Below are positions 61,611 to 64,000 of a stretch of DNA of 64,000 bases, piece after piece (position 1 is the stretch's first letter; each line of letters opens with the position of its first letter). Position numbers and translations under genes: made by a program. The stretch lies in assembly GCA_001949185.1 (NCBI GenBank), contig BDGG01000017.1, positions 682,001 to 746,000 on the forward strand. Reading direction: 5' to 3'. The DNA is from Ramazzottius varieornatus. Taxonomy: Eukaryota; Animalia; Tardigrada. The notes under the pieces were generated by a model. That model ran no database searches. It saw only the letters and a list, made by a program, of their open reading frames with translations, and was not told where the DNA came from.

Positions 61611-63651
61611 TCAGGCTTGATCGGGATTGGTGACAGTGGCCAACATGCGCTTCATGTGGCGGACTTGCGACTGCCACTGGCTCAGCCCGTCGCGCAGTTC
61701 GATCCATTTGGCCTTCGAGAAGGATGGTTCCACACAGGTGGTCACTCGGAACCGACGCTGTGCAGCGTCAATCTTCCCCGATATCAAGCGGGTCTTCAAA
61801 GCTGCAAAAACAAACAATCAGGCTCAAGCCCTCGACAGTATTGTGATAAAGCGGAGGAGGATATTTACCATCAATAAGGAAGTCTTCCACTTCAGCCGGA
61901 GGCAACATCAGTTCTTTCTCAATTTCATCGTGAGTAATGACTTGGTGACCGCGACACATCTTCAGGAACGTCAGCAGGCGGATCTTTCGAAGGTTGGCCT
62001 CGTGCAGCAGATCTGGAAGAACAGGTATCAAAGAACATTATCGTCACATCTTTTCTTTCTCCACTTTGCACTCCGTTGTGGCCAAGTTTCATCATCATCA
62101 TCAATAGTAACTGTTAGTGACGATAGTGCAATCATACCTGTGCGATCCACCGCATCTCTGTGTTGGCTGTAAAACCTCATGTAGTCCGCGACGTTTCCGC
62201 TGACAAATATTTCCAGCAACTACAACACATTCCAAGTATTGAGAGATTGAGAGAAGAGAAGGCCAATTCGCATACTGCAGTTATATAAGGCCGATCACCT
62301 GCGGAAAGTACCTGATATAAAGCTTGCCCTCGAAGGTGCTGAACTGGCTTCAGATGCAAAAGATGGTCCAAGGAGACAGCATACGGATCAGCAATGGCAT
62401 CGCGGACGCATCTACAATAAAGCAAGGTCAGATCGGCATTGGTCTCACTGGTCATACTGGATAATGGGTCATAAGCATACCGGACTGCTTCCTCTTTGGC
62501 TTCGTTAGCCGTCTCTAGACTGAACGTCTTCAGCAATTCCACCATGACTCTTGATGCCTTGGTGCTGCAAGACGAAGTCGTGGCATAACTGTATCATGTA
62601 ATTATGTGAAGCCCTACTCGACTCCGGTAGGTTCACGTTCAGCTTACTTATCGCCCGACTTCATCAGCGAAGCGTGGAGAACTCTCCACAGAATGCGGAT
62701 GTTACTGTTGTCCAGCTTCCACGCCTTGATCCATTCTCTCACCTGCAAAAGAGCATCATCAAGGCAGCTGCAATACTGGGCAACAGGCAACAGAAATATG
62801 TGACTGTGTCCCCTGAACGACCCACTATCCTTTCTTACCTTGCTGGGATCGGTCGGAACACGGTGCAAGTAGGAGGAAGCTGTGGCCAGTTCCACCAAGC
62901 GACAATACGGAGTGAAGCGCACCGCAGAGTCCTCATTCATTCCGTAAAATAGAGTTGACAGTCTGCAAAAGATTTCCAAGCTTACCCCAAAAACTACGGG
63001 CCCGAACCTGGCTTATCGAGGTTAGGTACGGGCAAATATTTGATGAGCAGGGACGAGCGTACACTTTCAAGCGAGCACCGGCATATTTGAGGCCACCATC
63101 TGCCTCCGAAGTGTCGGCCAGCTTGTTAGCAAAGTTGTGAATCAGCTTCTCCCGTGTCTCTTCCGGCAACTCGAAACACAACACACAGGTCAAGATTCCA
63201 TTCAGCAATGACTCGCACTGCGACTCTGCAAATAAACAGAAAACAGAAATGAATAAGATTAACGAGTCACAAGCAGAGAAGGATAACAGGGAGTCAGGGA
63301 CAAGGCATTCTTATCAAGCTACATCCTCCACCACTTGGAAGATCGGTTTACACCTTGATAGGTACAATGACGGAAGTGTCCAACTCACCTTGCGGGGCTT
63401 TGAGAGCCAGATGGGAGCTTTCAACTAGGCTGAAGATGGTCAGGATCATTTCCGACTGATCGTCCTCATCGGGAACACCAATGTCGCCTTTCAGCTCATT
63501 CTTGAAGTATTCCGCAAGCTCGATCAACTGTGGCAACAGGATGGCCATATGTCAAAGCCCGTCTAACCATCAAACGACCATCGAAGCCTAGACTAACCTG
63601 CTGGTTCAGCGACTTGGATGGGAAGACGGGGACGTTACTCTTCACCTTCAT
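61611..63651 (-). CDS. eIF3m: Eukaryotic translation initiation factor 3 subunit M (PCI domain), multi-exon
   Basis: LSTLFYGMNEDSAVRFTPYCRL, VREWIKAWKL, ASRVMVELLKTF, DHLLHLKPVQHL, LEIFVSGNVADYMRFY, LLHEANLRKIRLLTF, GKIDAAQR and FSKAKW are colinear with eIF3m. Confidence 0.93.
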
Positions 63652-64000
63652 TGCGCCCTTCCTCTGACTTCACCTACAAGTACAAGCAAACTATCAGCAA
63701 AAACCGTAAGCCAAGATGGACCGTTATCAACAGAGAACAGTGCTACGGGAAGACAACAGGACGAGCTTCGTCCTCCGGTGAAACTTGATTATCAAAGCAC
63801 TCTCTTACCTTGTCGGACAGATCGGATCCACACTCTAGACAGTAATCCACCACTTGCAGTCGCAGATGATGCCAAATGCCGGAGGAATCCTTCACACTAC
63901 TCCGCTTCACAGTTCAAGCCGCGCAAATATGTCGTACGAAAGAACACGACCGGAAATCCAAGTGGCGATGGCAGAGTGGGGTTGCTTCCCAGACAAGACG

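Noticed and set aside
62030-62135. (GAT)n run with flanking inverted ATCGTCAC/GTGACGAT in an eIF3m intron, possible snoRNA
   Set aside because: No box D; consistent with a simple microsatellite and a chance short stem.
1-64000. Prokaryote-type systems (CRISPR arrays, operons, rRNA/tRNA) and horizontally acquired bacterial genes
   Set aside because: All recognisable genes are metazoan and mostly spliced; no repeat-spacer arrays, RNA-gene signatures or bacterial-type ORFs were seen.

Overview
Gene-dense animal (invertebrate) genomic DNA, about 50% GC, with many short GT-AG introns of roughly 55-250 nt. The compactness and style resemble a eutardigrade such as Ramazzottius; this is inference and was not verified. 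Recognisable conserved genes: muscle myosin II heavy chain (-), NF-YC (+), NudE/NDE1 (-), SDHAF3 (+), ASNA1/GET3 (+), UBA1 (-), MBOAT1/2 lysophospholipid acyltransferase (-), Pumilio (+), epsin (-) and eIF3m (-). Interspersed are several orphan genes, four of them predicted secreted. One is a three-exon 77-aa prepropeptide absent from the ORF track: signal peptide, RAKR furin site, then a 41-aa Gly/aromatic-rich mature peptide that looks antimicrobial-like. Accessory features: a TTAA-flanked long-TIR non-autonomous element in the NudE/SDHAF3 divergent promoter; an inverted pair of RPB7 pseudogene fragments, one fused in frame to a signal-peptide ORF; a young Tc5-like transposon (144-bp TIRs, TCA target duplication) carrying a second pogo-like element inserted into the last codons of its transposase; and a decayed gene with a tandemly duplicated ~90-aa domain I do not recognise. 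The myosin gene has at least two homologous alternative terminal exons. No rRNA, tRNA or CRISPR features were seen. All gene models were spliced by eye and no database searches were run.
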